Shown here piece by piece: positions 22,758 through 31,351 of a stretch of 32,000 nt of DNA. Every line of letters begins with the position of its first letter. The first letter of the stretch is position 1. The notes under the pieces were generated by a model. It did no database searches. It saw only the letters and a list, made by a program, of their open reading frames with translations, and had not been told where the DNA came from. Origin of the DNA: Patescibacteria group bacterium. GTDB taxonomy: Bacteria > Patescibacteriota > Patescibacteriia > 2-01-FULL-39-33. Where the stretch lies: positions 120,001-152,000 of the forward strand of contig JBAZMW010000001.1 in assembly GCA_041649575.1 (NCBI GenBank), in the 5' to 3' direction. Both the position numbers and the translations under genes were made by a program.

Positions 22758-23298
22758 TTTCTGGTTGACTTACAGCTGATTTAATTTTGGCTCCAATGGT
22801 AAAGCTGTTATTTTCTTTGACCAGTAAGTTATTTAGGGGCAGGTCGATATCATAAAATCGTTCGTCGGCTTCCAGATTTTTTTTGAGTTCCAACAAGTCA
22901 TTTCTGGTTTTTGCTATCCCCTGAATTTCTAATTGTGAGTTTTGTTGGTAAATTTTTACCAGATTGTAGGAAACGCCAGCTGGCGTAAGTTTTGATAAGT
23001 TGGTTAGGAAATCAGACCATTTCTGGAAATTTTTTTGGATTTTATAAACGTTATTTATTTTTTTATTGATTAAAACAACTTCTTCGTTGGTTTTTTGGCT
23101 GATTTGAATGGCATTAATATTACGGGTGATCAGGCTGGCCAGTTGTTGTTCTAAGAAGTAGCGGGAAACTATAAGCAAGATAGCGATTAGGGCGGTAAAA
23201 AGCAAAAACAACATCAAAAGTTCTTTTAAAGCCAGGTAGATCCTTTTGGTCTTTAATTCTTTTTTTTGTTTGGGTGAAAGAAGATTTAAGGTAATCAT
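22738..23298 (-). CDS. pilN: Type IV pilus assembly protein PilN
   Basis: 186 aa. MITLNLLSPKQKKE N-terminal motif, then a TM helix and coiled coil. Overlaps pilM by 4 nt. Confidence 0.7.
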   Translation of the reverse strand: MITLNLLSPKQKKELKTKRIYLALKELLMLFLLFTALIAILLIVSRYFLEQQLASLITRNINAIQISQKTNEEVVLINKKINNVYKIQKNFQKWSDFLTNLSKLTPAGVSYNLVKIYQQNSQLEIQGIAKTRNDLLELKKNLEADERFYDIDLPLNNLLVKENNSFTIGAKIKSAVSQPENGLPKK

Positions 23299-24353
23299 AA
23301 AAAAGTTTCCGGACTAAGGCCGCGGCGGGCTAAGCCCAGGGCGGTGATAAAAGACTGGGATTTGCCCGAAGAAAAATAATTGTTTTGAGGATTAATGATG
23401 TTTTGCCAGGGATTGGCCACCACGGCCGCTAATTTGATTTTATTTTGGATATTTGCGGCCATTTCGGAAAAGCAAGCGCCACCGCCGCAGAGCATGATTT
23501 GTTTTAGTTCTTTGGCGTTTTTGAAGTTGTCGCGATAAAAATTAGTTGCTTCCAGAATATTGCGGCAGAGCTCATCAATGGTATCAGAAAGTATTTCCAG
23601 TAGCGCGCCATGGCATTTATTTTTGTCCAGGCCGCAGACAATTTTGGCCTGCTCGGCCTGTTCTCGGTCAAGCTCGAGGGCTTCGGCAATCAGCTGGGTG
23701 AGGCGATTGCCGGAAATCGGCAGACTGATCGTAAATTTTACAAAGCCTTCCTCAATCAGAAAAAGACCAGTGCGGTTGGCGCCGATATCAATGACAACCT
23801 TTGGTTCTTGATCTTGATCGGGAACAATGGCGCGGGCAATGGCGGCCGCCTCGATTTCTAGAGCGGTGGGGATCAGGCCGGCTTGAGTCAAAATGGCCAC
23901 GTAGGAATCAATGATGTTTTGCGGCGAAATCCCAACAATCAAGGTTTGTTTCTCGGCCTCCGTTTTAATGATCTGCCAGTCAAAATAAACTTCCTCGATA
24001 TTAAGGGGTACGTGTTGCGGTAGAACCAGTTTTATCTCGTCATTTATCTTTTCTTTTTCAACCAGGGGAATATCGATGACTTTGAGAAAAGTTTTGCTTT
24101 CCGGCAAAACAGCGATAACTTCGTCGCTAAGTTTTCCGTGGCCGTGTCTGGTTTTGATCAACTTGACCAATGCTTCCAAAAAAGGTTTGCTCTGCTTGAT
24201 CTCTCCCCCCTCCAGGCAGCCCGAAGGCAGACTGATCTCATTATAAAGTTGGAGGCGTATTTTTTTGCCTCTTTTATGAAGCTGAACTAGCCGCAAACAG
24301 TGGTCGGAGATATCTAACCCAAAAGCGATTTCCTTGGTGGTAAAAAAAGACAT
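23295..24353 (-). CDS. pilM: Type IV pilus assembly protein PilM (actin-like ATPase fold)
   Basis: 352 aa. FGLDISDHCLRLVQL, VVIDIGANRTGLFL and IMLCGGGA are ASKHA phosphate/adenosine motifs. Confidence 0.85.
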   Translation of the reverse strand: MSFFTTKEIAFGLDISDHCLRLVQLHKRGKKIRLQLYNEISLPSGCLEGGEIKQSKPFLEALVKLIKTRHGHGKLSDEVIAVLPESKTFLKVIDIPLVEKEKINDEIKLVLPQHVPLNIEEVYFDWQIIKTEAEKQTLIVGISPQNIIDSYVAILTQAGLIPTALEIEAAAIARAIVPDQDQEPKVVIDIGANRTGLFLIEEGFVKFTISLPISGNRLTQLIAEALELDREQAEQAKIVCGLDKNKCHGALLEILSDTIDELCRNILEATNFYRDNFKNAKELKQIMLCGGGACFSEMAANIQNKIKLAAVVANPWQNIINPQNNYFSSGKSQSFITALGLARRGLSPETFL

Positions 24354-24421
24354 CGATAAATTATTAAAGGTTTAGCCTGATTTATTTAATTATAGAGCAT
24401 TATTGATTATTTTTCTAGGTT

Positions 24422-25666
24422 TTAATACTCTTCTTCCCAGTGCTCTACGGTGACAACCGGAGAAAATTGGGGGTCGCCCAGGGTGTAACTGATGATTTCG
24501 TTATCAAAGGTGATGTTAATGCCCTGCCAGAGACTAGTCAAAGTCAGTTTTCGCGAGATTAAGCCGCCAGTGACATCAAAGGCTCCGGGCAGGCTTAAAA
24601 TATTAATTTTGTCGTTGGCATAAATTAACGCTTGAGCGTCGAAGTCGTCGAGACACAGCTCGAAATCGATACGGCCCATGGCCAGCAGTCCGGAAGGAGT
24701 GGTGGTGCCGACGCGACTGATATCCACATCAGAGCGCCCGCATCTTAACCACCAACAGCAAAGCAAAGTGTTTTGGCCGACGGCAATGTCGCCCTCCGCC
24801 GCCAGAACGCCGTTAACAGTCAATTTTTGTCCGCCTTTAATATCGATATCGCCGGTGACATAGGTAATCGGGCCAGGCAAAGTCAGCTCTTGGTTGTCCC
24901 ACATCAGGTCTTCAAACTGACTCTCGCTGTAGATGGCATTGGCACGATTTTTGTAAGAGTCAGGGTCGGCCGGATCGTTAAAAGAAATAGCCGGCATCGG
25001 TATGGGATCGGGGGCGGGGGGATAATTAGCCGCTTCCAGACTGGAAGCATTGATGGTGGAAGTCCAGTTCCTGTTTATATTGCCGGTGGCCCGTACGGCA
25101 TTATCGACATTTAGGGTGCTCCAAAAATTGACAATAATATTATTATTGGAAAACAAGCTGCCATTGTAAACGTTTATCAGACTGCCGGAAGTGTCGATAT
25201 TGCCGTCGGCATATTCTCCGTTGTCACCGACTATACTTTCTCCCAAAGCTTTGTAGATGGTGGTTTTAACCACACGTTGGGCGGTGCTGCCATTTAAATC
25301 TAAAAAACCGGTAGCGGTGATTTCTCCTCTGGCCAGACCGGTGTTGCTGATGTGGATTTGATAAGAACCGTTAGCCAAGAGCGCCGAATCCCTGGTGTAA
25401 GTGAAAGACCAGCTGGGATTATTTTCAAAGCTGTCTTTCCAGGTCGGGTCGTTTTTTATTCTCCAGACGGCTTCGGCGATGGCGCTCTCGGCCAGATAGT
25501 AGGTTTTGGCGGCGGCTGATTGGCTGGAGGAAATTTTTAGTTCAGTCAGGGTAAAATTGACAAGATAAACAGCCAACAACAGCATCAGTGACATGATTAG
25601 AATGGAGGTCATTAGCACAAAACCCTTGGGGTTTTTGGTAAAGATTTTTTTATAAATTGCGGCCAT
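24422..25666 (-). CDS. Large PilX/GspK-like minor pilin lacking Glu+5
   Basis: Likely start at ATG 25666 (MAAIYKKIFTKNPKG|FVLMTSILIMSLMLLLAVY); the ORF track extends to 25723. PilX_N-like KISSSQSAAAKTYYLAESAIAEAV. The C-terminal ~300 aa are rich in N/G/T beta-strand repeats. Confidence 0.6.
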   Translation of the reverse strand: MAAIYKKIFTKNPKGFVLMTSILIMSLMLLLAVYLVNFTLTELKISSSQSAAAKTYYLAESAIAEAVWRIKNDPTWKDSFENNPSWSFTYTRDSALLANGSYQIHISNTGLARGEITATGFLDLNGSTAQRVVKTTIYKALGESIVGDNGEYADGNIDTSGSLINVYNGSLFSNNNIIVNFWSTLNVDNAVRATGNINRNWTSTINASSLEAANYPPAPDPIPMPAISFNDPADPDSYKNRANAIYSESQFEDLMWDNQELTLPGPITYVTGDIDIKGGQKLTVNGVLAAEGDIAVGQNTLLCCWWLRCGRSDVDISRVGTTTPSGLLAMGRIDFELCLDDFDAQALIYANDKINILSLPGAFDVTGGLISRKLTLTSLWQGINITFDNEIISYTLGDPQFSPVVTVEHWEEEY

Positions 25667-26204
25667 AAACGGAAGTAAAAATAATCTCCGACTGATTATC
25701 TTTGCTAAGATATAAATTGACATTAATCAGCTTGTCGCCCCAGAATTCAATATCAGAAACGTACTCGCCAATAATTTTGTCTTCCAAAATGTTCATTTCT
25801 GGCGCTTGTCCGCTCTGACTGGTTGCATGCCAATAGACATAGATATCAGGATCTTCTGGAAAAGAGTAAACAATGGATTGTCTTTTGATGTCGGAGTTTT
25901 CTAGATAATATCGAATGTAGCTGATGTTGGAAGTGTCATGACCGTCTTGGAACATGATTTCCTCAGGCAAACTGTCGGGGTCACCGTTGGTTTCGGGGAT
26001 TTCAGTCACAATCTCTGGTGTCTGACGGATTTCTCTTATCAGGCGATCGAGGATTACCCGGCCATTTTGGGTGATCTCGGCCTTGGTATCATTGTGATTG
26101 TAGGTTTCCTGGCTAAGGCTATAAATAGAGGTGACCATGGTAAATAAGAGAGCAGCAATAGCGATCGAGATAATAACTTCGATCAGAGTAAAGCCTTTTT
26201 TCAT
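25650..26204 (-). CDS. Prepilin-type minor pilin (PilW/GspJ-like by size and position)
   Basis: Start at ATG 26204: MKKG|FTLIEVIISIAIAALLF is a canonical class III signal with Glu+5. Confidence 0.7.
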   Translation of the reverse strand: MKKGFTLIEVIISIAIAALLFTMVTSIYSLSQETYNHNDTKAEITQNGRVILDRLIREIRQTPEIVTEIPETNGDPDSLPEEIMFQDGHDTSNISYIRYYLENSDIKRQSIVYSFPEDPDIYVYWHATSQSGQAPEMNILEDKIIGEYVSDIEFWGDKLINVNLYLSKDNQSEIIFTSVYGRNL

Positions 26205-26233
26205 TTTGGTTATAAAAAAATAATCAGGCATAA

Positions 26234-26662
26234 CTATTTTTTGCTTATCAATAGCATCAGGCTGGTGTTTTTTTCCAGGGATAATAGAGGACTATGCCAA
26301 AAAACAGTGACGGTTATTTTTTTTATCCCCGTCTCCGCCACCGAATATTCCAAATCACCATCGACATATTCAGTGACCGTTTGGCGTTGGTAATAATAAA
26401 AAGGGTTGGCCTGGTCGCTGGAGAGGCGATGCTTGGCTTCGATGGTCCCTAAATCGATATTTTCATAATTCAAATAAAACATTTCCTCAATTTTGGCTTG
26501 GGCCAGATTGGTGGCGATGGTGGTTTGTTCCGCCGACTTGTTAATTTTTAGAGCCAAAGGAAAAATTCCGACGATTGCCAAAATACCAATCAATAAAACG
26601 GCCAGAGTGACCACTGTTTCTATAAGGGTGAAGCCGTAAGTGTTAGTTTTGAAGTTTGACAT
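26234..26662 (-). CDS. Prepilin-type minor pilin (PilV/GspI-like by size and position)
   Basis: Start at ATG 26662: MSNFKTNTYG|FTLIETVVTLAVLLIGILAIV. Overlaps the upstream pilin gene by 20 nt. Confidence 0.7.
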   Translation of the reverse strand: MSNFKTNTYGFTLIETVVTLAVLLIGILAIVGIFPLALKINKSAEQTTIATNLAQAKIEEMFYLNYENIDLGTIEAKHRLSSDQANPFYYYQRQTVTEYVDGDLEYSVAETGIKKITVTVFWHSPLLSLEKNTSLMLLISKK

Positions 26663-27125
26663 AACCGGATGGTTTAATCTCAATAGTTATAGTGCGATTG
26701 GCACTGTTAACCAGCACTAGGCTGCCGCTTTCGCCGGCGGCGCCAGTCGCGTTAAAACTAGCCGTGTCGGCGGTCAGATTATTAATAGACTGAATAGTGA
26801 TTTGGGGATTGATGACCACGGTTTTAAGAGTAGTCTCTGGATTTGTTTTTATAATACTGTAGCTGTTTTGCAATTGATTAAAACTGACGGAATAGACGAC
26901 CTGTTCGGTTACGGCTAGTTGTTGAGCGTAGCGTAGATCAGAAGCTATTTGCCGACTGGTTGAGTTTAGGGCCAGGTTGGGGCGCAGTTGTTTGTAAATA
27001 GGGAAGCTGATGGCGGCCAGGATGCCAATAACAGCCAAAACGGCGATCAAATCAAGCAAAGTAAAGCCAAAATTTTTTAAAAAACCATCCGTTCGGTTGG
27101 TCGCGTTTAGGATTGAATTTTTCAT
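26643..27125 (-). CDS. Prepilin-type pilin (FimT/GspH-like, or major-pilin position) with Asp at +5
   Basis: MKNSILNATNRTDGFLKNFG|FTLLDLIAVLAVIGILAAISFPIY has a 20-aa leader and D instead of E at +5. It is the first pilin gene after pilC. Confidence 0.7.
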   Translation of the reverse strand: MKNSILNATNRTDGFLKNFGFTLLDLIAVLAVIGILAAISFPIYKQLRPNLALNSTSRQIASDLRYAQQLAVTEQVVYSVSFNQLQNSYSIIKTNPETTLKTVVINPQITIQSINNLTADTASFNATGAAGESGSLVLVNSANRTITIEIKPSGYVKLQN

Positions 27126-27133
27126 TGAGGCTT

Positions 27134-28204
27134 TTAAAATTTTTCACTCAAGGAATACATAGGCATTAAAATGCCCAGAGCGATGCCGGCCACACCCAAA
27201 CCGATAACAAGCATTAGCAGTGGTTCAATAATGGTGGGCAGGTTATTCATGGTCTGGTAGACTTCCTCCTCGTAGAAGTCGGCCAATTTTTCCAGAACTT
27301 CATCGAGAGAGCCGGTTTCTTCGCCCACGGCCACCATCTGGTCGATAATTGCCGGGAAGATATGGGGATAGTTTCTAAAAGCATTGCCCATTTTTTCTCC
27401 TTTTCTGACTTGTTCGGCAATTTGGTTTAGGGCTTCGCGATAAAAATGATTGCCGACAACCCGGGAAGTGATGTTCAGAGTGTCAATGATGGGTATGTCC
27501 GCTTTTATTAAAGCGCTCAAACTGCGTGACAGCCGGGCTAAATTTATTTTTTTGATTACCGAGGCGACGATAGGCGTCTTTAATAATAAGAGGTCAAGTC
27601 CTCTTTTGCCGGTTTTGGTTTTTAGAGCTTTAACCAAAATGGCCACGACGATAATAATAACAGTTAAAATTATCAAGCCATAGGATTGAGCCAGGTCGTT
27701 AATAGAAATTATTATTCTAGTGGCCAGAGGCAGCTCGACATCCAAGTCCTTGAAGAGCTTGGTGATGTTGGGCAAAACAAAGGTGATAATAAAGATGCCA
27801 ATACCGACCATGGCGACCAAAATTATAGCCGGGTAAGTCAGGGCATTTCTGACTTTAAGCAGCAGATCATGATCCTTTTTGCTTTGCAGGTAAAGCTCAT
27901 GCAAAACCTCTTCTAGACGGCCGGAAGCCTCGCCGGCTTTTATCATATTAATGAACAGTTCGCCGAAATCTCTTTGATAAGTTTCCAGACTTTCACCAAA
28001 ACTGCAACCTTTTTTTATTTGATCGCGGATGTTGGCCAAAATATTTTTGAGCTTGTTGTTTTTGACTTGTTGGGCCAAGACGTCGAGAGCCTCGGCTAGA
28101 GGCACGCCGGTTTTTATCATAATAGAAAGATTCTGCACCATAAAAATTTTATTGGGCGTTGAGATTCTTTGCCAGCTGGTGAAAAAATTTTTTATTTTGG
28201 CCAT
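27134..28204 (-). CDS. pilC: Type IV pilus platform protein PilC/GspF
   Basis: 356 aa. Two GspF-type repeats (GVPLAEALDVLA... and DIPIIDTLNITS...) and three TM segments. Confidence 0.9.
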   Translation of the reverse strand: MAKIKNFFTSWQRISTPNKIFMVQNLSIMIKTGVPLAEALDVLAQQVKNNKLKNILANIRDQIKKGCSFGESLETYQRDFGELFINMIKAGEASGRLEEVLHELYLQSKKDHDLLLKVRNALTYPAIILVAMVGIGIFIITFVLPNITKLFKDLDVELPLATRIIISINDLAQSYGLIILTVIIIVVAILVKALKTKTGKRGLDLLLLKTPIVASVIKKINLARLSRSLSALIKADIPIIDTLNITSRVVGNHFYREALNQIAEQVRKGEKMGNAFRNYPHIFPAIIDQMVAVGEETGSLDEVLEKLADFYEEEVYQTMNNLPTIIEPLLMLVIGLGVAGIALGILMPMYSLSEKF

Positions 28205-28207
28205 AAA

Positions 28208-29938
28208 TTATTCCTGGGTTACTCTTAAGACTTCCTCAATAGTGGTAGTGCCGCTTTTGGCTTTAATGAAGCCGTCTTGCAGCAGAGTGGTCATGCCGTT
28301 TTCCAAAGCGGCGCGCTCTAATTCATCACGGGAAGCTTTGCTGATAATCAGCTGACCGATCTTCTCGTTAATCTCCAGGGTCTCATAAATGCCGATGCGG
28401 CCCTTGTAGCCGGTACTGCCGCATTGCTGGCAGCCTTTCCCGCGATAAAAAAGAACGGATTTAATGCTTTGTTTGGCGTTTAAATAACCCTGTTGGATTA
28501 GATTTTTTTCTAATTTTTCCAGATTGAATTGTTTTTCCAGTTCTTCGATGGTTTTTTTATCTAACTTATAGCTTTCAATGCAGTTTTTACAGATTTTTCT
28601 GACCAGTCTTTGGGCAACAACCAGATTTAGAGTCGAGGCGATTAAGAAAGTCGGCACTTTCATATCGATAAGGCGAGGGATAGCGGTGACGGCGTCGTTG
28701 GTGTGCAGAGTGGAAAGCACCAAGTGCCCGGTCATGGCGGCGTTGATGCTGATTTCAGCCGTTTCTATGTCTCGGATTTCTCCGACCATAATAATATTGG
28801 GGTCCTGACGCAACAGGGCGCGCAGGCCGGCGGCAAAGGTAAAGCCAATCTTGGGTTGGACCTGGCTTTGGTTAATACCTTGAACACGGTATTCAATTGG
28901 ATCCTCGACGGTAGAGATATTGACTTCTGGCTTGTTTAAAACGCCTAAAATGGTGTAAAGGGTGGTGGTTTTGCCACTCCCGGTCGGACCGGTGACCAAA
29001 ATCATGCCATGCGGCTTGGCGATATTTTTTTTTATCACCTCCAGTGAATTTGGCTGGAAACCCAGCTGCTCCAAGGAAAGTTGTTGGGTCTGATCGGGCA
29101 ACAAACGCAAGACCACTTTTTCACCGTCGAAAGTCGGCAAAATGGAAACACGGAAAGACACTTGGTAGTCTTGAGTTTTAATCTTAAAGCGGCCGTCTTG
29201 CGGCAGGCGGTGCTCATCAAGCTTAAGATTAGAGAGGATTTTGATTCTAGCGATAACGCCCGGATGCGTGTTTTTGGGCAGGGTCATGACATTTTTTAAG
29301 ACGCCATCAATACGATAGCGGACATTCACTTCTTTTTCCGCCGGTTCGATATGAATGTCGGAAGCTTTTTCCAAAATAGCGTATTCCAGCATAGTATCGA
29401 CAATCCTGACGATGGGCAAGTCTTGAGCTAGGTCTTTTAATTTGTCCGGATCGCCATCGGTTTCTGTTTTTTGTCCCTCGGTTTCCATCTCTTTAAGTTC
29501 GGCATTTAAGCCTTTGCGGTATTGCTTCAAAATTTCACGGATGTTATCGGGACTGGTGAGGTGAAGCTTGATGTTTAGTTGAGTTTTTTTGGCCAAAAAA
29601 TCAAACAGTTCAATATTGGAAATATCCAAGGTGGCGACTTTCAGATCGCCATTATTTTTATCAAAAGCAATGGTCTGGTGCGCTTGCGCCGTGACTTCGG
29701 GTATGATTTGCAGAATATCTTTGCGAATAGTTTGGTTTTTCAAATCAACGAAAGGCAGACCATAATACTTGGCAGCGGTTTCATAAAGCAACTCGGAAGA
29801 GATAATTTTCTGGGAAATTAAAAAATTTTCCAGAGTTTTGTTGTCTTTTCTGGCTTGTTCGGAAAAAGTTTTAAGCTGAATTTCGTCTAAGATCTTATTC
29901 CTTTTTAAGATCTCCTCCAGGTCTTTTTGGTTTATCAT
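28208..29938 (-). CDS. pilB: Type IV pilus extension ATPase PilB/GspE
   Basis: 576 aa. GspE_N-type N-terminal domain, Walker A GPTGSGKTT, Asp box, Walker B IIMVGEIRD, His box, and a tetra-Cys zinc motif (CKNC...CQQC). Confidence 0.95.
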   Translation of the reverse strand: MINQKDLEEILKRNKILDEIQLKTFSEQARKDNKTLENFLISQKIISSELLYETAAKYYGLPFVDLKNQTIRKDILQIIPEVTAQAHQTIAFDKNNGDLKVATLDISNIELFDFLAKKTQLNIKLHLTSPDNIREILKQYRKGLNAELKEMETEGQKTETDGDPDKLKDLAQDLPIVRIVDTMLEYAILEKASDIHIEPAEKEVNVRYRIDGVLKNVMTLPKNTHPGVIARIKILSNLKLDEHRLPQDGRFKIKTQDYQVSFRVSILPTFDGEKVVLRLLPDQTQQLSLEQLGFQPNSLEVIKKNIAKPHGMILVTGPTGSGKTTTLYTILGVLNKPEVNISTVEDPIEYRVQGINQSQVQPKIGFTFAAGLRALLRQDPNIIMVGEIRDIETAEISINAAMTGHLVLSTLHTNDAVTAIPRLIDMKVPTFLIASTLNLVVAQRLVRKICKNCIESYKLDKKTIEELEKQFNLEKLEKNLIQQGYLNAKQSIKSVLFYRGKGCQQCGSTGYKGRIGIYETLEINEKIGQLIISKASRDELERAALENGMTTLLQDGFIKAKSGTTTIEEVLRVTQE

Positions 29939-29971
29939 AATTTGTCACCAGTCCAAATGGATATCGTTTCT

Positions 29972-29980
29972 ATTATAACA
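29972..29980 (-). promoter_or_regulatory. Candidate extended -10 promoter of the pilus operon
   Basis: On the minus strand: TGTTATAAT (TGnTATAAT), about 34 nt upstream of the pilB ATG. No good -35. Confidence 0.35.
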
Positions 29981-30000
29981 TAAAACAACCAATGAAAGCA

Positions 30001-30034
30001 AAACAAAAAAACACCTCCGCTTTTAGGCGGAGGT
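30001..30034 (-). terminator. Rho-independent terminator after the GT4 gene
   Basis: On the minus strand: ACCTCCGC, CTAAAA loop, GCGGAGGT (30012-30034), followed by GTTTTTTTGTTT. Confidence 0.75.
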
Positions 30035-30043
30035 AAAATTTTT

Positions 30044-31189
30044 TTAAGCTTTTTTTAGAGCCAGCCTTCTCTTTTCCGGCATAATTTCTTGATAGAGGCT
30101 AATGGTTTGTTTGACGATATTGTCCCAACCGTATTCTTTGTCAACGCGGGTTTTGGCCAACTGGGCTTTATCTTTGATAATCTTAGGATTGTCACAGGCA
30201 AAATTTAATTTTCTGGCCAAATCCTCAATGTCTTTGTTTTTAAATTCCAGAGCAAAGCCCTTGACCGCCTCCCGGTTTTCCTCGATATCACTAATCAGCA
30301 CCGGAATATTATAGGCCATGGCTTCCAATAAGGCGATAGATAATCCTTCGGCTTCGGAGGGCTGGATAAAGAGATAAGAGTTCTTAAATAAAGTTTCTAA
30401 ATCACCGCCTGATTTTTGGCCGGTAAAAATTATTTTGTCATTATTGGCCGACAAGTTTTTGAGATAGTTAACATAGTTGTCGGTATTGGCGCCAGTGCCC
30501 ACCAGCACCAGTTTTTTTTCGGTTTTTAGCTGTTGGTAAGCTTTGATTAAGGTATGAATGCCTTTATGTTGGATCAGTCTGGAAACGGCAATCAGGTAGC
30601 CGTTTTTTTCCAGATTATATTTCTTTAAGATGTCGTTAGAATTTTTATTTTCGATCAACTGGACGCCGTTGGGGATATAGCTGGTTTCGCGATCAAAACG
30701 ATACTTGCAATACTTTTTTAAGGTTTCAGAAACGGTAATGGTTTGGTGAGGAAAGCGGCAGGCAGCCCATTCGCCTAGTCCTAACATAAACCTGGCAAAG
30801 CCACCCCATTTTTGATGGTAGCGATCAATGCAGTGAAAGGTGGCGATTACTTTGGCCTTTGGCTTGAAAAGCCGCGGAATCCACGATAACAGAGAAGGCC
30901 CAACGCCGTGATAATGAATAATGTCATAATCCTTAAACAATGAATCAATGGAAGCAAAAAGAGTATGAGTAATCGCATCCAAATTTTTAGTCTTAATTGA
31001 AGGCAAATTAATAATTTTTACTCCCTGATAGGTATAAGAATTTTTGTAATTACCGGTGTAGTAGGCACGACTATAAACCGTGACATCAAAGCCTGCCCGG
31101 GCTAGCCTGGTAGAGAGCTCTTCGACATGTTTTTCAATGCCGCCTTGTTTGGTTGGTATGCCTTTTTGCCCGATTAATGCTATTTTCAT
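30044..31189 (-). CDS. GT4-family (GT-B fold) glycosyltransferase
   Basis: 381 aa. MKIALIGQKGIPTKQGGIEKHVEELSTRLA N-terminus and the C-terminal EAEGLSIALLEAMAYNIPVLISD, which is the E-x7-E region. Confidence 0.85.
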   Translation of the reverse strand: MKIALIGQKGIPTKQGGIEKHVEELSTRLARAGFDVTVYSRAYYTGNYKNSYTYQGVKIINLPSIKTKNLDAITHTLFASIDSLFKDYDIIHYHGVGPSLLSWIPRLFKPKAKVIATFHCIDRYHQKWGGFARFMLGLGEWAACRFPHQTITVSETLKKYCKYRFDRETSYIPNGVQLIENKNSNDILKKYNLEKNGYLIAVSRLIQHKGIHTLIKAYQQLKTEKKLVLVGTGANTDNYVNYLKNLSANNDKIIFTGQKSGGDLETLFKNSYLFIQPSEAEGLSIALLEAMAYNIPVLISDIEENREAVKGFALEFKNKDIEDLARKLNFACDNPKIIKDKAQLAKTRVDKEYGWDNIVKQTISLYQEIMPEKRRLALKKA

Positions 31190-31208
31190 AGATTCTTTTT
31201 AAGGGTTA

Positions 31209-31237
31209 ATCGTAGCAAATAAATAAAATCTTGTCAA
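31209..31237 (-). promoter_or_regulatory. Candidate promoter of the GT4 gene
   Basis: On the minus strand: TTGACA (31237-31232), 17 nt, TACGAT (31214-31209). Confidence 0.5.
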
Positions 31238-31284
31238 GGGCTATTTTTTGTTTTTAAGAGGATAAATCATTTTTGTTAAATTTA

Positions 31285-31334
31285 AGTAAAATAATAAGGT
31301 GGGGCCAAGCGATTTGCCGTCGCTTGGTCCCACC
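31285..31334 (-). terminator. Rho-independent terminator of the Ig-domain ORF
   Basis: 15-bp stem 31298-31312 / 31320-31334 (GGTGGGGCCAAGCGA / TCGCTTGGTCCCACC, one mismatch). On the minus strand it is followed by UUAUUAUUUUACUU. Confidence 0.7.
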
Positions 31335-31351
31335 AGGTGATGCACCTTCAA

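Noticed and set aside
626-26683. N-terminal extensions in the ORF track (starts at 626, 5888, 6717, 14281, 16486, 20262, 25723, 26231, 26683)
   Set aside because: Internal ATG starts (680, 5822, 6735, 14254, 16534, 20367, 25666, 26204, 26662) give canonical N-termini: signal peptides, prepilin leaders, the HIGH motif and the MurA N-terminus. They also remove overlaps with upstream genes.
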